Origin: Geosiphon pyriformis uo1
Lineage: Eukaryota > Fungi > Glomeromycota
Reading direction: 5' to 3'
DNA: 64,000 bases
NCBI GenBank assembly: GCA_016748015.1
Contig: JAAOMT010000557.1
Span: 295,548 to 359,547, forward strand
The notes under the pieces are model-generated. The model was given only the letters and a program-made list of their open reading frames with translations, was not told where the DNA came from and did not search any database. Position numbers and translations under genes: made by a program. Each line of letters opens with the position of its first letter. Within the stretch, counting starts at the first letter, position 1. Below are positions 51,296-64,000 of the stretch, in pieces.

Positions 51296-52816
51296 TGTGA
51301 AGATTTACAATATTTACACCAAAGTGACTCTTCGAATATGTAATAATATTCTGAACATTTCAACAATCCAGTTTTCTATCTCTTTTGCCAATATCTTAAT
51401 AGTAATAAATTGTTTAATTAAAATGATATATTTTTTTTTTAAATTTTTTAACATTTAAATTTTTTTATTTTTTGTATTTTACTTTTAAACCAATGATTAA
51501 TTTAAATTTTAAAACAATACTTATTTTTTAAAAACCAATAAAAAACTGTAAAAAATATAAAAAATATCTACAAATTAGTTTAAATGTTTTATGTTTAGAA
51601 CTTAAACAAACTCAATTTTTTGAAAAATATTATTTAAAGAAGATAATATTATAAAAAAATAGTTAATTAAGAAAATTCTCAATTATTTTAAAATATTTAT
51701 AAATTAACTTACAAATTTTATTATATTATTTTTAAATACAAATAAAAAAATAATTTAATTTTATACCAGTTATAGTTTTGTTTTTACACTTAACTTGTTA
51801 TAATTTACAATAGTAATTATATTAATACCTAATATTAAAAATAAAATAATTAATATAAATAATATTAATATAATTAAATATTTAATAAAACTAAAAATTA
51901 AAAGATTTAATTTTAAAAATAGTATAAAATTAATAGTCATATTAATTATAACATTAATAATTTTATTATTTAAAATATTTAAGTGTTTTTTAACTTTAAT
52001 TTTATTTATCAAATTTTTATTACAATAGAATATTATTTCATTTAGCATTTTTTATATAAATTTGATTTATAACAGTTTATTTTAATTTTTAATATTAATA
52101 TTAATCTAATTATATATTATAATATTTATAAAAAAAATTTTTAACATAATATTCAAAGCTAATATAATAATATAAGACTTAATAAATACTAAAAATATTA
52201 TATTTTATACTTTGGTTTATAAATTCAAAATAATATTATTGAAATAACTATTAATATTTTCTTTAATGAAATTAAATTCAAAATTTTTAATCAAATTATT
52301 AGTAAAAAAAAGTTAAATTAAATATTAGCTAAAATAGCAACTATTTTTGAATAGCTATTAATAAATAAATATATTACTTAAATAGTTTTAAAAACACTAA
52401 ATTATAGTTTAATACAAACTATTATAATTTTTTATATAATTTGTAAAAATAATAAACTATCATTTAATAAAAAACCAAATAATATATTTTATTTAATTTT
52501 ATAATTAATTTAATAACTTAATAAAGACCACAATTTTTATTTAATCCAATTTATATATAGGTAAATCAAAATTAATTGTTTATTGTAAAAATTATTATAG
52601 TTAAAAAAAATTTTTTATAATATTTATTTTTAATTAGATTAATAATATTAATAATTAATTTAATATCTTATATTTAAAATTGTTAATTTAATTGAATTAT
52701 TATTTTAAAATTAATAATAATAATTTTTTAATTTATTTGTATTTATTAATTTAGAAAAAAATTTATAGAATAAATAATTATTAAAAAACAAATAACATTT
52801 TTTATTAAATATTAAA

Positions 52817-55800
52817 TTTTTTTTTATTAATACAATTTAATAAACAAAGTCTAATTACTATCTAGTACAAAATTAAACTAAATAATCTAGACTAGATATA
52901 ATTCACATATTTACTACATATGGCTAGCTAATTAGGCCAAATAAGGCAACAATATGCATTTATAAAAATTCTTACATCATTGTCTAAACCAGAAAAAAAG
53001 AAACATAGTTTACACCTACTAAAATTAACTGTAAAAGACTCAATAATGCCAAGAAATTAGACCATACTATTTAATAGTCTTATTACAATACTACCAGCTA
53101 GATCAAATATTACATTACTATCTTTAATTAAACTTGTTTTTTTTATTTTAGCCCTAAATTTAGATTTACCAAGCCAAATTATAAAATAATGTTTTTTTAT
53201 TAACTGACTTATAAATACAACAATTTTTGACAAAACTTTTTTCTTGATCTTAAAAACTAATAACACTTTAGTATACCAATTTCTTAACACAAAACTCTTG
53301 CAAATTACAGCATACAGACTCATATCTAACAAACATTTAAATAGAATTTTCAGTACAGAAGAAGAAAAAACAGAAGTATCAATCAGTAATTTTCAGAGAT
53401 TAGAGAGCTTTAACAATATCTTATTGCAAATACTAACATTTTTGATATAAGTAAAAACATAATCTAAAAGCTCTATTTTACTACATAGTAAACATAATAT
53501 GTTTGGATATCTTCTATTATACAATTTTTTTTGAACTACTACTGGCAATTATTTATGTACAGCTTTCATTAAATATGTGCATAAATTGGTTAAACTCTTA
53601 CTGGTAAATCTAAACAATTTGTATTAGTTAAAATACTATATTTTTACAGTAGACAACCAGTCTATGTTTTTAATTAAAGCATTTAACACTACTTTGTGGC
53701 CAAGACCAGCTTTTTAATAAGCATAACAAACAAAACAGTATATTATAAATAAAGTAATGAACATTATTAAAGACAGTCATGTTCTCAGCCATAACATAAC
53801 ACTCATTTATTTTATTTAGCAAAAACAAAGAAAAATTAGTAGTTACTTTTATTATTTAATCTATCTTTATATTGTCCAAGATTTTTGAATAACTTTTAAC
53901 TTTTATTCACTTGACTAAAAAATTTTTATTTCTTATTAAATTCACAATATGTCTCTTTTCCATCCAACAGCAATTGCAAAAATCTGGCACAACAAAACTT
54001 TTTTCAACAATGCATACATCAATAACTACTTGGCTATCTAGATACACAATCACATTACAAAAAAAAACCACATTCTAATGATAATATTACAGCTTGTAGT
54101 TTAATCAAAATTAATAACAAAAGATTTTTTACTCTAATGTTAATGTCCAAATTCACAGCTAAAAAATAAACAGCAACCCTACAAATAATCTCAACAAAGC
54201 CCAAGTTTTTTAAAAAACTATTTGTATAAACTTTAAGAGTACCAAACCAAATCTTATCTAAATAGTTTTATATATCAAAAAAATTGTCGAACTTCAGAAT
54301 ACTTGTATAATATGATGTATAAGCATTAGCAAATCTAGTTAATAATAACCTATTATGTTGAAAAAATTTTGATATCAGCTTAAACCAATATAAAACAGAA
54401 CTCTTGGAGTTCAATTTTTTCTATAATAAAATGTTTTTTAATTATTATACCACTCTTTTTGCCCAAGAGTTTATTATTAAAAGCCATTTAAAATTTTTTT
54501 AAAAAGCAAATTAAATTAAAGTACAAGGACTTTTTCAAAATATTAAACATCAAATATTTTCTAAAAACATGAAAAGTGCTAGGCAAATTATTATCTAAAG
54601 ACACATTATTAACCAAAAAAATTTTTTTTATTTTAGCCAAAAAATTATTAACAAAACTAATACACAACTTTATAAGATATCTTAAAAGATTTAAAAAAGC
54701 TCAATCCAATATCTGTAAATTCAAGAGTCTGTAGTTAAACAACCATTCAAAAATTTCAGGTGCATTAAAAAAATTTACCACAGCTGCCAATTTACTTTCA
54801 GCTTGTATTTGTTCAAAAAATTTCAGATTATAAATAAAAAAGTGGTGTAGTGCTTTACTAAGAAAATTTTGTAACAAGTTGGCTTTGAATTTAAAACTTT
54901 ATCTGACTATAATATTCTATTTATAACACATATTTGACAAAACAAAACTAAACTAAAACTTATAACTGACAATAAGCTGTAAAATAGCTAATATTAAATA
55001 AAAAAATTGTTTATCTGTAATAGCTTTTTTAAGTATTATATTAACAAAAAATTAAACATCAAAATAAGCCTTGGCCAAACTTAACTTAGACAACCCCTTA
55101 ATAAACAGAAAAATATTCAGGTATCTATGCACTTTATTTTTTGGCAATTGAAATTGGCAAACTGCTAATTTTTAAAAAAGCAATTTTGACATCTTGATTG
55201 ATAAAAATATTATTTATTATAAAAAATTCACTAGTAATATTCAAAGTATATTGTATAGAAGCTTGACAATTTTTAACCCAAATTGTATTATTCACAAATG
55301 TATTAGCAGTAAAAAAAGAAAACATTCTCTCCCTATTTTTTATTCTGTCTGTTTTGGCAACAAACTTAGTATCAATTTAGTAACTACACAAATATTTATG
55401 TCTTTTAATTTACATAAAAGCAGATCATAAAAAAATTTTTAAAGAAAAAATAAAAAGATTTTGTCTTAATCCAATCTATTGTGTATCTTGTAGCCCTCTA
55501 AAAAGCCAAAATCAGTTATCATTTTATTGATTTTATCATTATGTATACTACAAAAAACTTAATAAAACAATCTTATATTTTAATTTAATGCAAATTAGCT
55601 CTTAAATAATGTTATTTAACTGAGTTATAAGCTTTACACATATTTTGTAGAACCAATCACAGTTTTTTATTTTTTTCTAAAGTATCTTTTACCACAGATC
55701 TAATGGCAAATACTAAAGATTAGATTGAAGTATCTTTTAATACTGAAAAATTATTACTTTAGAAAATGCCAATTTGTTATATGCAAATAAAATCTAATTA

Positions 55801-58800
55801 AAAAGAACTTTAAAAAAAATTTTCTTAGTAGTCTTAATCAATGCAATAGACTAGGTGTTTGTTAAGACTTTATTTCAGTCATAAGACTTGGAAATTATTA
55901 AAACTTATGTTCTTTTTTATAAACCAAAAACATTATTAAGAAACAAATACTTATTTAGCAATTTCAAAAGAGATCTTACTACAGTATTACTACTATGTTT
56001 TTAAAGTTTATTAAAAATACCAGACAAACCAGCAGCCTTGTTGCTAAGCAAGTTATTAATAATTACAAGCAGTTTTTCTATATTAATTACTTCTATTATC
56101 TTGAAAAAGACATTATTATTTATATAGTTTAATGGTATGTATTAATAAGCCCAAATATAAAACAGCATCTAAAACACAGCATGCTTTTTTGTCTAATCTC
56201 TCATAATTTTATTAACATTAAACTTTACCTTTTCTGGCTCCAAAACCAACTTGCTATTAATTAAGTGATCAAAAACCATCTTGTGAAAAGACTATTCCAA
56301 AATACTATTTATTATTTTCCCTTTATTAAAACAAAAACTTTCTATGTGTCTCTCAATTGCTTTCTTAATAGATGCTTTTTTAGCTAATTTCAATTCACAA
56401 AGCTTAGACTTTCTGTACTTTTTTCAAACTATTAATAAATATCTCAGAATATCTATTATTTTCTTACTATCTTGAATCATATTCATGATCTTAAAAGTCT
56501 TCATATTATCTAAAGTTAACTATATCTTAGCAAGGCAATCAAATTTAAGCATATTATCTAAGCTTAACTTCTTAACAATTTTAGTAATTAGCACTTTTAA
56601 TCCAAAAAACTTAGAAGATCATCTGTTTTTTAAGCACTAAAACTTACTAAACCAATATTTAAAAAATGTTTTATCAGTTAATTTTACCAACACTTTTTTT
56701 AATAGCTTTCATATAGCATCTATGTTTCTACCAATCTTAACTTTTGAAAACTCATCCACCATATTCAAAACTTGGCAAAAGAGCATTTTTTAAATTGTTT
56801 CTATTTGGTTTTATCTGCATCTTTGATTTTAAACTTCTAGTAATTTTTATTAGTCTGTTTATATATGTTATTCAAATAGATATTTAAAAAGCCACCCAAA
56901 TCAACTGAAACCAAAACAGTCTTGTAATTAGTATTAAAAAAATTAGATGTAGATTTAATTTTATAATTAACAACTGCAGACAACAAAGCTTCACTTATAT
57001 AATCTATGACTTTTTTGACATCTTTTGAGTTGCTTTAAGTAAAAGTCTTAACTAATAAATGTCTACTAAATAAGTTAACTAAACCTAAATTTAAACAAAA
57101 CTTGAAACTCACACTTTTTTAGATCTATTTTTATTAAAATCACTATTTAAAACCACATATGTGCTGAAGTTAACTATTTTAGCAATAAAAAAATTAATTT
57201 TTACAGCTTGATCAAACTTAGTTTTAGCAAAAGTACCAGTATACAGATCCAAAATAGCAACTGAAATTCTGTCTTTGAAAAAAAGTCACACCAAAATAAC
57301 ATGACTGGAAATTTTTTTTATCTTAGAAACATATCAAGCCAAAGAAATATTTATAATAATAGTTACTTTAACATCAAAAAAACTTCTATTTAAACCAAAT
57401 ATAAAAATTTGTACTCTATTAAATCTGTTTATAATTCATTACTTAATACTAGATCTTAATTTTGTTTTAATAATAATTAAAACCATATTACCTAAATTTA
57501 TATGCTAATAAATAATATCTTTCTGCTTTGTAAAAACATTGATACTTCAAATATTACATATAGCAAACTTTTACATTAAACTGGTCATTGGTGAAAAAGT
57601 GTGTTTAAATCTAAACCAATATTATTTACTCTGGCTAATAGACTCATAACCAAATCTGACAACTTGTTTAGGTATTTTCTAATTTGAAAACAACCAAAAA
57701 ATCAAAAACTATTGCTTTTACAACAGTTTTACTACTAGTAATCACACTTAAATTCTCACTCATTACTGTATTTACTTTTTAATTCTGTAATAAAAAAATT
57801 ATTAATGGCTGACATCTAGAGCTAAGCTAAGAAATTATTGGCCCAAGTGTTTTTAATCTTTTAGCCAGCTTATCAACTTGTTTTACAAGACTGATAAGAT
57901 TGTGTTCAAGAGTAATAAACCTATTATTAACTTTTATTAACACCAGCAAAAGAGATTTAACATCTAAAGATAAACTATTACCAAAGAAAACCAAAGGCAT
58001 TACTTGAAAAAAAGAGCTACCAGCAATCTGAATTCAAGATTTTTACCAAAAAAAACAGGATAAACAATTAAAGTCTGCTTTTTTTTATATATATTTGCTA
58101 AATAAACACAATTTTAAAAGCTAACCACCTGTTTATTATGACTATCTAAATTTTTATCTACTGAATACATACCAAAAACATGATCAAATTGTTTATATTG
58201 AAAACAACAGACCAAAAAAAATCCAGTTCAGTGCAAACTCATATTTTTGAAAACTAGAGTAAAACTAATAACATTATTTTTAGATATTCTATTAGCAAAA
58301 CAAATCACAGCACATCTGTCATGCACATAAGAGTTCAGATTATAACCAATAAAACAAATCTTTTCATTATATAAAGCCAATAAATCAGAAAGATTATAAG
58401 CACTTGCCTTAATTAGAAAAATATACAACAAAACTTAATAACAATTCTTACATATTTATATTTGTTTATCATTAATAGCCAAAGCCACATGCACAGAATT
58501 TTTTCTCATGAGAACAGACTATTTAAAAACAATTAGACTAGCAATATCTAATAATTCAAACTTTATTAAGATCTTTTGTTAAAGACTAATTAGCTGTATT
58601 TTAATTGAAACTATTTTATCAAATTTAGAAAAGATTGATTTTACTGCCAATTTGGGAAGATTTACTAGAATTTCTTTGATATTTATTTTCTAATTTGAGT
58701 GACTGTTTGTTCTTATAACATTATTATTTACTAAAAAATTTTTACTAATAGTCAATTTTTTAGCTTTTTTTAAGCTTAGTTTAGAAATAAAAATTGAAAC

Positions 58801-59450
58801 TCCAGTTTTCTAAAACATGTAACCCAATCAATAGAAGTTATTTAAAGCCATTAAATTTAGGTGATAAAAACATTAAAATGTTTTCATTATCATTTAAATC
58901 CACAAATAAAGAAGTTTTTAGCAATTAATCCAACACATATGTTCAAGTGCAAGTTTTTTGCAACATAATATTATTTATATTATTATTGACTATCGAATTA
59001 TCTGAATCCACATACCTAATTTTTTTGGCAACCACATTTTTTATATTTTTTATGTCTAAAAAACTATTAATACTACTGGTTTTGCTATCAACTTTGCTTC
59101 TCCAGAACACTATAGGCTTCCTATTAGAGACACCAATATCTTTAAAACTTAAAGAGTCAACAGATAAGTTGACTATACTAATATTCACATTAGGCTTTTT
59201 TATTTTTTTATAAGATGCATTGTGAAAGTAAACATTCTTTACACACTTTTTCTTGGCATTTGAACAGATCTTCAAACCAGCTGAACCCAAACCAAAACCA
59301 CTAACAAAAAAACTTACTGGTTTTATCACAACAAAAAGAGATAAGTTGGAAGAAATAACTAAAGAAACACAAAAAAAAAAAGAAAAAAAACAAATTAATT
59401 TTACAATAATTCTTTACTCTTATTATGATCAGAGAATTGATAAGAGAAAG
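52817..59450 (-). mobile_element. Near full-length, heavily decayed LINE (ORF1 + ORF2), related to the element at 1-4315
   Basis: ORF1 remnants (58943-59329; 58228-58431 DRCAVICF; degenerate knuckle ~58165-58210). ORF2 start at 57588 reads MTSLM*KFAICNI*SIN (APE N-terminus). RT TFVNNTIWV (~55280), RNase H VYTNS (~54225). The 3' UTR aligns with 4180-4315 and ends in an A-run at ~52817-52825. Confidence 0.88.
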
Positions 59451-62234
59451 TATTTAATAGTTTTTTTTGAGAATATAAATTTTTATTAAAAATATTAATT
59501 AAAACATTTATTTTATTAGCAAATATTCAGATTTTTTAAAAAAAATTAATAATTTTAATTTTAAAAACATTTTCAATAACAATAAGTTTAACAGATTTAA
59601 AAATTTAAAATTAAAATTATAAACCTATAATAAAATAGTATGTATACATATAATTTTAACTTTTATTATAATACAATAAAAATAAATAATAACTTTATTA
59701 TCATAAAATAATTTTTTGAAAAATAAATACATAATATTCTAACTTTATATATAAGTTTAGTCTAAAAAACTTTAATTAAAATTTTTTTTATAGCTATTAT
59801 AAAAAATTATAAAAGAATAAAATCCAATATTATCTATTCTGTGTTATTAATATATAATTTAAACTTAAAAATTATAAAAAATCAAACACAATCTTATTAC
59901 AATATTTTATTTAACTTTTATATACTAAACGTTTTATTTTGTTCTTATTTATTGTTTTATTAAGTATTTTTCTACAAATTCAATTGTTTTATAATAGATT
60001 AAAATTTTTATAGAAGTGTAAAAAGATGTTTGAATGTATTTTAAAAGCTTTTACCATATAAATAAGCAGACTTTGATAATTTTTTTATCGAAATATACAT
60101 AATTTAAACACTATAAATATGTAATTAATATTTTTTTATGTTTTTTATAAAGAATTTTACTTAAAACAGAAATAATTCGAAATTATATTAATTCTAAGAT
60201 AGATAAAACATTCTGAATTAGACTAATAGTCCACAATTAAAATATTCTTGAGTTTTCAATATAAAAATATTTTTAAATAAGAAAATATAATTTAGTACAT
60301 TAAAAAACAAAGTCAATAAAAAGACAATTAATGGTTTTTAGTAAAAACAATTATTCACAACACTTTTTTTTTACTTTATGAATTGTTAACTGATAATAGT
60401 TTAGCAATATTAGTGATATATTAATACTGTCTACAATTTAAAAAATTTTAAAACAAATAAAATTGTTTACATTCATAAATTTATAGAATATTACTTACAT
60501 TATATCTTTAAGATCTGTCTTTTTTATGCCTAGTTTAACTTATAATCCATATTAAAACTTGTTTTTTAATCCACTCAAAGTTATCTGAATTATTAAAATC
60601 TTCTAAATTTTTAAATATTTAGGCTTTAAGTGGTAAGATTGGTCACTTAAGTTAGACAAAATCTGAAATATTTGACTTAATGCTTTTTTTAAAATATGAA
60701 AACTAGCAATCTATTTATATTATATAATTAGCATATTTGTTAATGTGAATGAATAAAAAATAATATCTAAAAAAATTATGAGCTAAATGGTTTTTTATAA
60801 TTAGAAGTAATATTAATATTAGTAGTTTTTATGTGTTTCTTTTTACAAGACTTGACTATATAACACATTGATCTAAATTTTGTTTTGAATTAACTTTTTA
60901 TTTTCTATTGATAATATTAAAATGCCAAACTACTACTTTACTTTTACACAGTTGAATAAAAAACTTTTATTATTTATATTTTTTTTTAATAAATTCATTG
61001 TTATCTAAATAGAAAAATTGATTGAAAAAACGTAATTAACATATAATAATATAAAATAACACAAAATAATGTAAAATAACACATAATAATATGAAATAAT
61101 ATATGATATCACAAAATAATTAATTATAATATAAAAAAACAAAGCAATAACTAGTATAATTAGCAATAATTAATAATAATAAGCAATTAAAAACAATCTT
61201 GTAAAACTAAAAATATGTATAAAAATAAGTAATTGTAGTAAACAAATAAAACAAAATTGAATTCATTTCAAATAATATCTTTAATCTCTAAAACAACCTA
61301 TTTATTTCATTATTTTTTAATTTTTTTACAAATTAAAATAAAAATATCATTATTTTAACTTTTAAATATATAGTTTAAATTCTATTATTAAAATTTAATT
61401 GCTTGTTTTTTTTGTTTTTTTTCAGACTAAATGCAAATATTATTATGTTTTTAAAATTCTAACAACAAATTAGATTAATTACTTTTAATTAAAGTAATTA
61501 ATAAAATACTAATTTATTTTTTATTTTTTATTTTTTTTTGTTTTTATTTTTTTTGAAAAACAGCAATATTAAAAATTGACTGTTTTGGAATTAAACTTTA
61601 TAATAGTTTGGTAAAAAAAAAGCTCTTTCTAATTGTAAATATTAACTTTATCTTATTAGCTTATTAAAAAGATAAAAAGACAATATTAAACTTTAGTAAT
61701 TATTATTAACTAGTATAAAATAAACATTTTTATATTAACATAAGTGCTAATAGAATATTTTTGTGTCTTATAACCAAAGAATTTAATAAATAAAACTTTA
61801 AATAATAAAAATTTTCAGAACTATTAGATTGATTTACAATAGAAAGCTATTCATTAGAAAACCTTTAAGTTTACTATTATTGAATCAACAATAGCTCATA
61901 TTTTTAAATTATAAGTGCCAAACATTATGACACTATTAAGTTTATTTATAGCATTATTTATAGATTATTACAAAATAGCAAAATAATATAAATATTTTTT
62001 TATTTTTAATAATTACAAGCTTTTTATTCTTTTTTTTTGCAAAAAAACCAGATTTTGCTTTTTGTAATTTAACTTGTACATTGAAATAATTAATTTTGTT
62101 TTTGTTACCTTTTTATTTTTATAATTATAAGACCAAAAAAAAATAAGTTTTAGTAATACATAAAAAAGCAAAAATTAAAATCATGATAAATTTTTTATTT
62201 AATATTGTTTAGATTTTTGCTACTTGATATATTG

Positions 62235-63085
62235 TAAAGATTGTTTAGCAATATTTTTTTTTATTAATAAGAAGAATACAGCCAACTTTTATTGAATACT
62301 TAATAAATCTTCTATTATCTGATATGTCATAAAAGATTTGATGAAAACATTTCTCTTCTATTATTAAGAAAACCATGACCAACTTTTTGTTAAATATCTA
62401 ATAAACTTTTTATTATTTAATATATTACAAAGAATTTGATGAAAACATTTTTCTTTTATTATTAAAAAAACTACATTTAATTTTTTATTAAATATCTGAT
62501 AGATTTTTTATTATTAATATGCTACAAAAAATTTGTTAAAAACATTTTTTTTTTAATATTTAAAAGATCACAGCTAACTTTTATTGAATACTTAATAGAT
62601 TTTTAATTGTTTAGTATGCTATAAAAAATGTGTTAAAACATTTTTTATTATTATTTAGAAAATTATAACCAACTTTTGTTGAACATTTAATAGATTTTTT
62701 ATTATTTAATATGCTGTAAAAAGTTTGTTGAAAATATTTTATTATTATTATTTAGAGGACTATAGCCAACTTTTGTTGAATATCTGATTGATTTTTTGTT
62801 ATTTAATATGTTGGAAAGAGTTTGTTGGAAACATTTTTCTTTTGTTCTTTAGAAAACTACAGCCAATTTTTATTAAGCACCTGATAGACATTTAATTATC
62901 TGGTGTACAGCAAGAGATTTGTTAGAAACATTTTTTTCTATTGTTTAAAAGACCATGGCCAACTTTTATTGAACATCTGATAAATCTTTAATCATTTGAT
63001 GTGCTGTAAGAAGTTTGTTAAAAACATTTTTTTTCTATGGTTAAGAAGACCACAGCCAATTTTTGTTAAATATCTAATAAACTTT
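62235..63085. repeat. Degenerate ~97 bp minisatellite, about 9 units
   Basis: Anchor AAACATTT-like motif near 62343, 62441, 62537, 62634, 62730, 62827, 62924 and 63020, each followed by GCCAACTTTT-like and ATCTGATA-like motifs. Confidence 0.85.
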
Positions 63086-63086
63086 T

Positions 63087-64000
63087 CAGCAAAACTTATT
63101 TTGAAAAAGTTATATAAGAACAAAGAGCGAGAAAAGAAGGACAGAAAAAAAGGATGAAAGCCTTTTATTCGAAATAAGTCATCTATAAAAAAGATGAATA
63201 TATGATTGTCATATAATCAAGTTTGTATTTGTGATAAATTAAGAAAAAAAATGTGCATGGAATAAGTCCAAGATAATTATAGAAGTAATCCACAATTATC
63301 TTAAAGAATCGCTACAAATTCCTTCAGAAAAAATTTTTTTTTCTTATTTTTTATTTTTTTTAACGTTTTAACTTTTAAACAAGTACAATACCCAGCGAAA
63401 CCCACCTTGAAAATGTTTCATAAGAACGAAAAGAGAGAATGATAGGAAGAGAGAAGGACATGAAAAAAGAAAAGAAGAGAGAAAGGGAGAAAGAGGGAAC
63501 AAAAAAAAGGAAGGGAAAGAATGAAGAAAGGGAAGCGATACAGGAAGGGACGCAATAAAGGAAAGGAAGGGAAGTGATAAATGAAGGGAAAGGAAGTTAT
63601 AAAGAAAGGAAGGGAAACGAAGTTATTAAAAAATGAAGAGAAGCAATAAAGGGAAGTAATGGAAGCGATAATGAAATAAAGGCTGTTTTTAAAAAAAAAC
63701 TTTTCGAAATTATGTGATTTTAGAGCAGCAGCTCATCTTTACCAAAAAAGGATTTATAATATCGTGTTGTTTTGATTAAAAATGTTTCTGATTGATTACA
63801 GGATCTTTAATTATTATTATTAATCACTAATTTTTTTAAGAACAAAGATAAAGTTGAAGATAGAAAATGTCTATCAAGATCTATCTCACGCTAGCGGCGC
63901 TAATTTCACAAAACTACCTGGGCGTAAAGCACAAACTCGGAGCCCCTAAAATTTTCCTTGGCGAGGAATATTTTTTGTTATCTCCCTGCCATATCCCTGT
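63087..64000 (+). repeat. Repeat arm 3 (one subrepeat, purine tract, inner domain), truncated by the window end
   Basis: Same modules as arm 1. 63840-64000 is identical by eye to the reverse complement of 49660-49820. Confidence 0.92.

Noticed and set aside
51770-52048. Ile/Asn/Lys-rich ORF resembling a mitochondrial gene or NUMT
   Set aside because: Composition follows from the extreme AT content; no recognisable motif.
62235-63085. CRISPR-like periodic array
   Set aside because: Whole units are homologous with no unique spacers, there are no cas genes and the context is eukaryotic. It is a minisatellite.
44958-64000. Arms as LTRs, DIRS termini or rDNA spacer subrepeats
   Set aside because: No gag/pol, integrase or tyrosine recombinase lies between them, no TG..CA ends were seen, and no 18S/28S sequence follows any arm within the window.

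Overview
AT-rich, intron-containing eukaryotic DNA. Gene content, TKL-type kinases and the transposon families point to an early-diverging fungus, most likely Glomeromycotina (inference). There are three zones. (1) 1-6 kb: 3' part of a degenerate LINE (APE-RT-RNase H-CCHC) and AT-rich relic DNA. (2) 6.6-27.5 kb: a compact gene block with VMA4, NNR1, a Ubl/Crinkler-like membrane protein, two small mitochondrial membrane proteins, MTC1, a GT-A glycosyltransferase, a family-X DNA polymerase, EMG1 and a GPI-anchored wall protein. (3) 28-64 kb: gene-poor DNA with a tandem pseudokinase/kinase pair, Tc1 relics, one dispersed 5S rRNA gene, a ~6.3 kb inverted-repeat structure built from tandem subrepeats (a third arm copy is cut by the window end), a full-length decayed LINE and a ~97 bp minisatellite. 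The strongest leads are (a) a cleanly spliced Pol beta-like gene with a mitochondrial-type presequence that has lost key residues of both its polymerase and dRP-lyase sites, (b) the inverted-repeat structure (foldback element or regional-centromere candidate), (c) RIP-like decay of transposons, and (d) a possible relic of a bacterial Clp ATPase. Exon structures were assembled by eye and no database searches were run.
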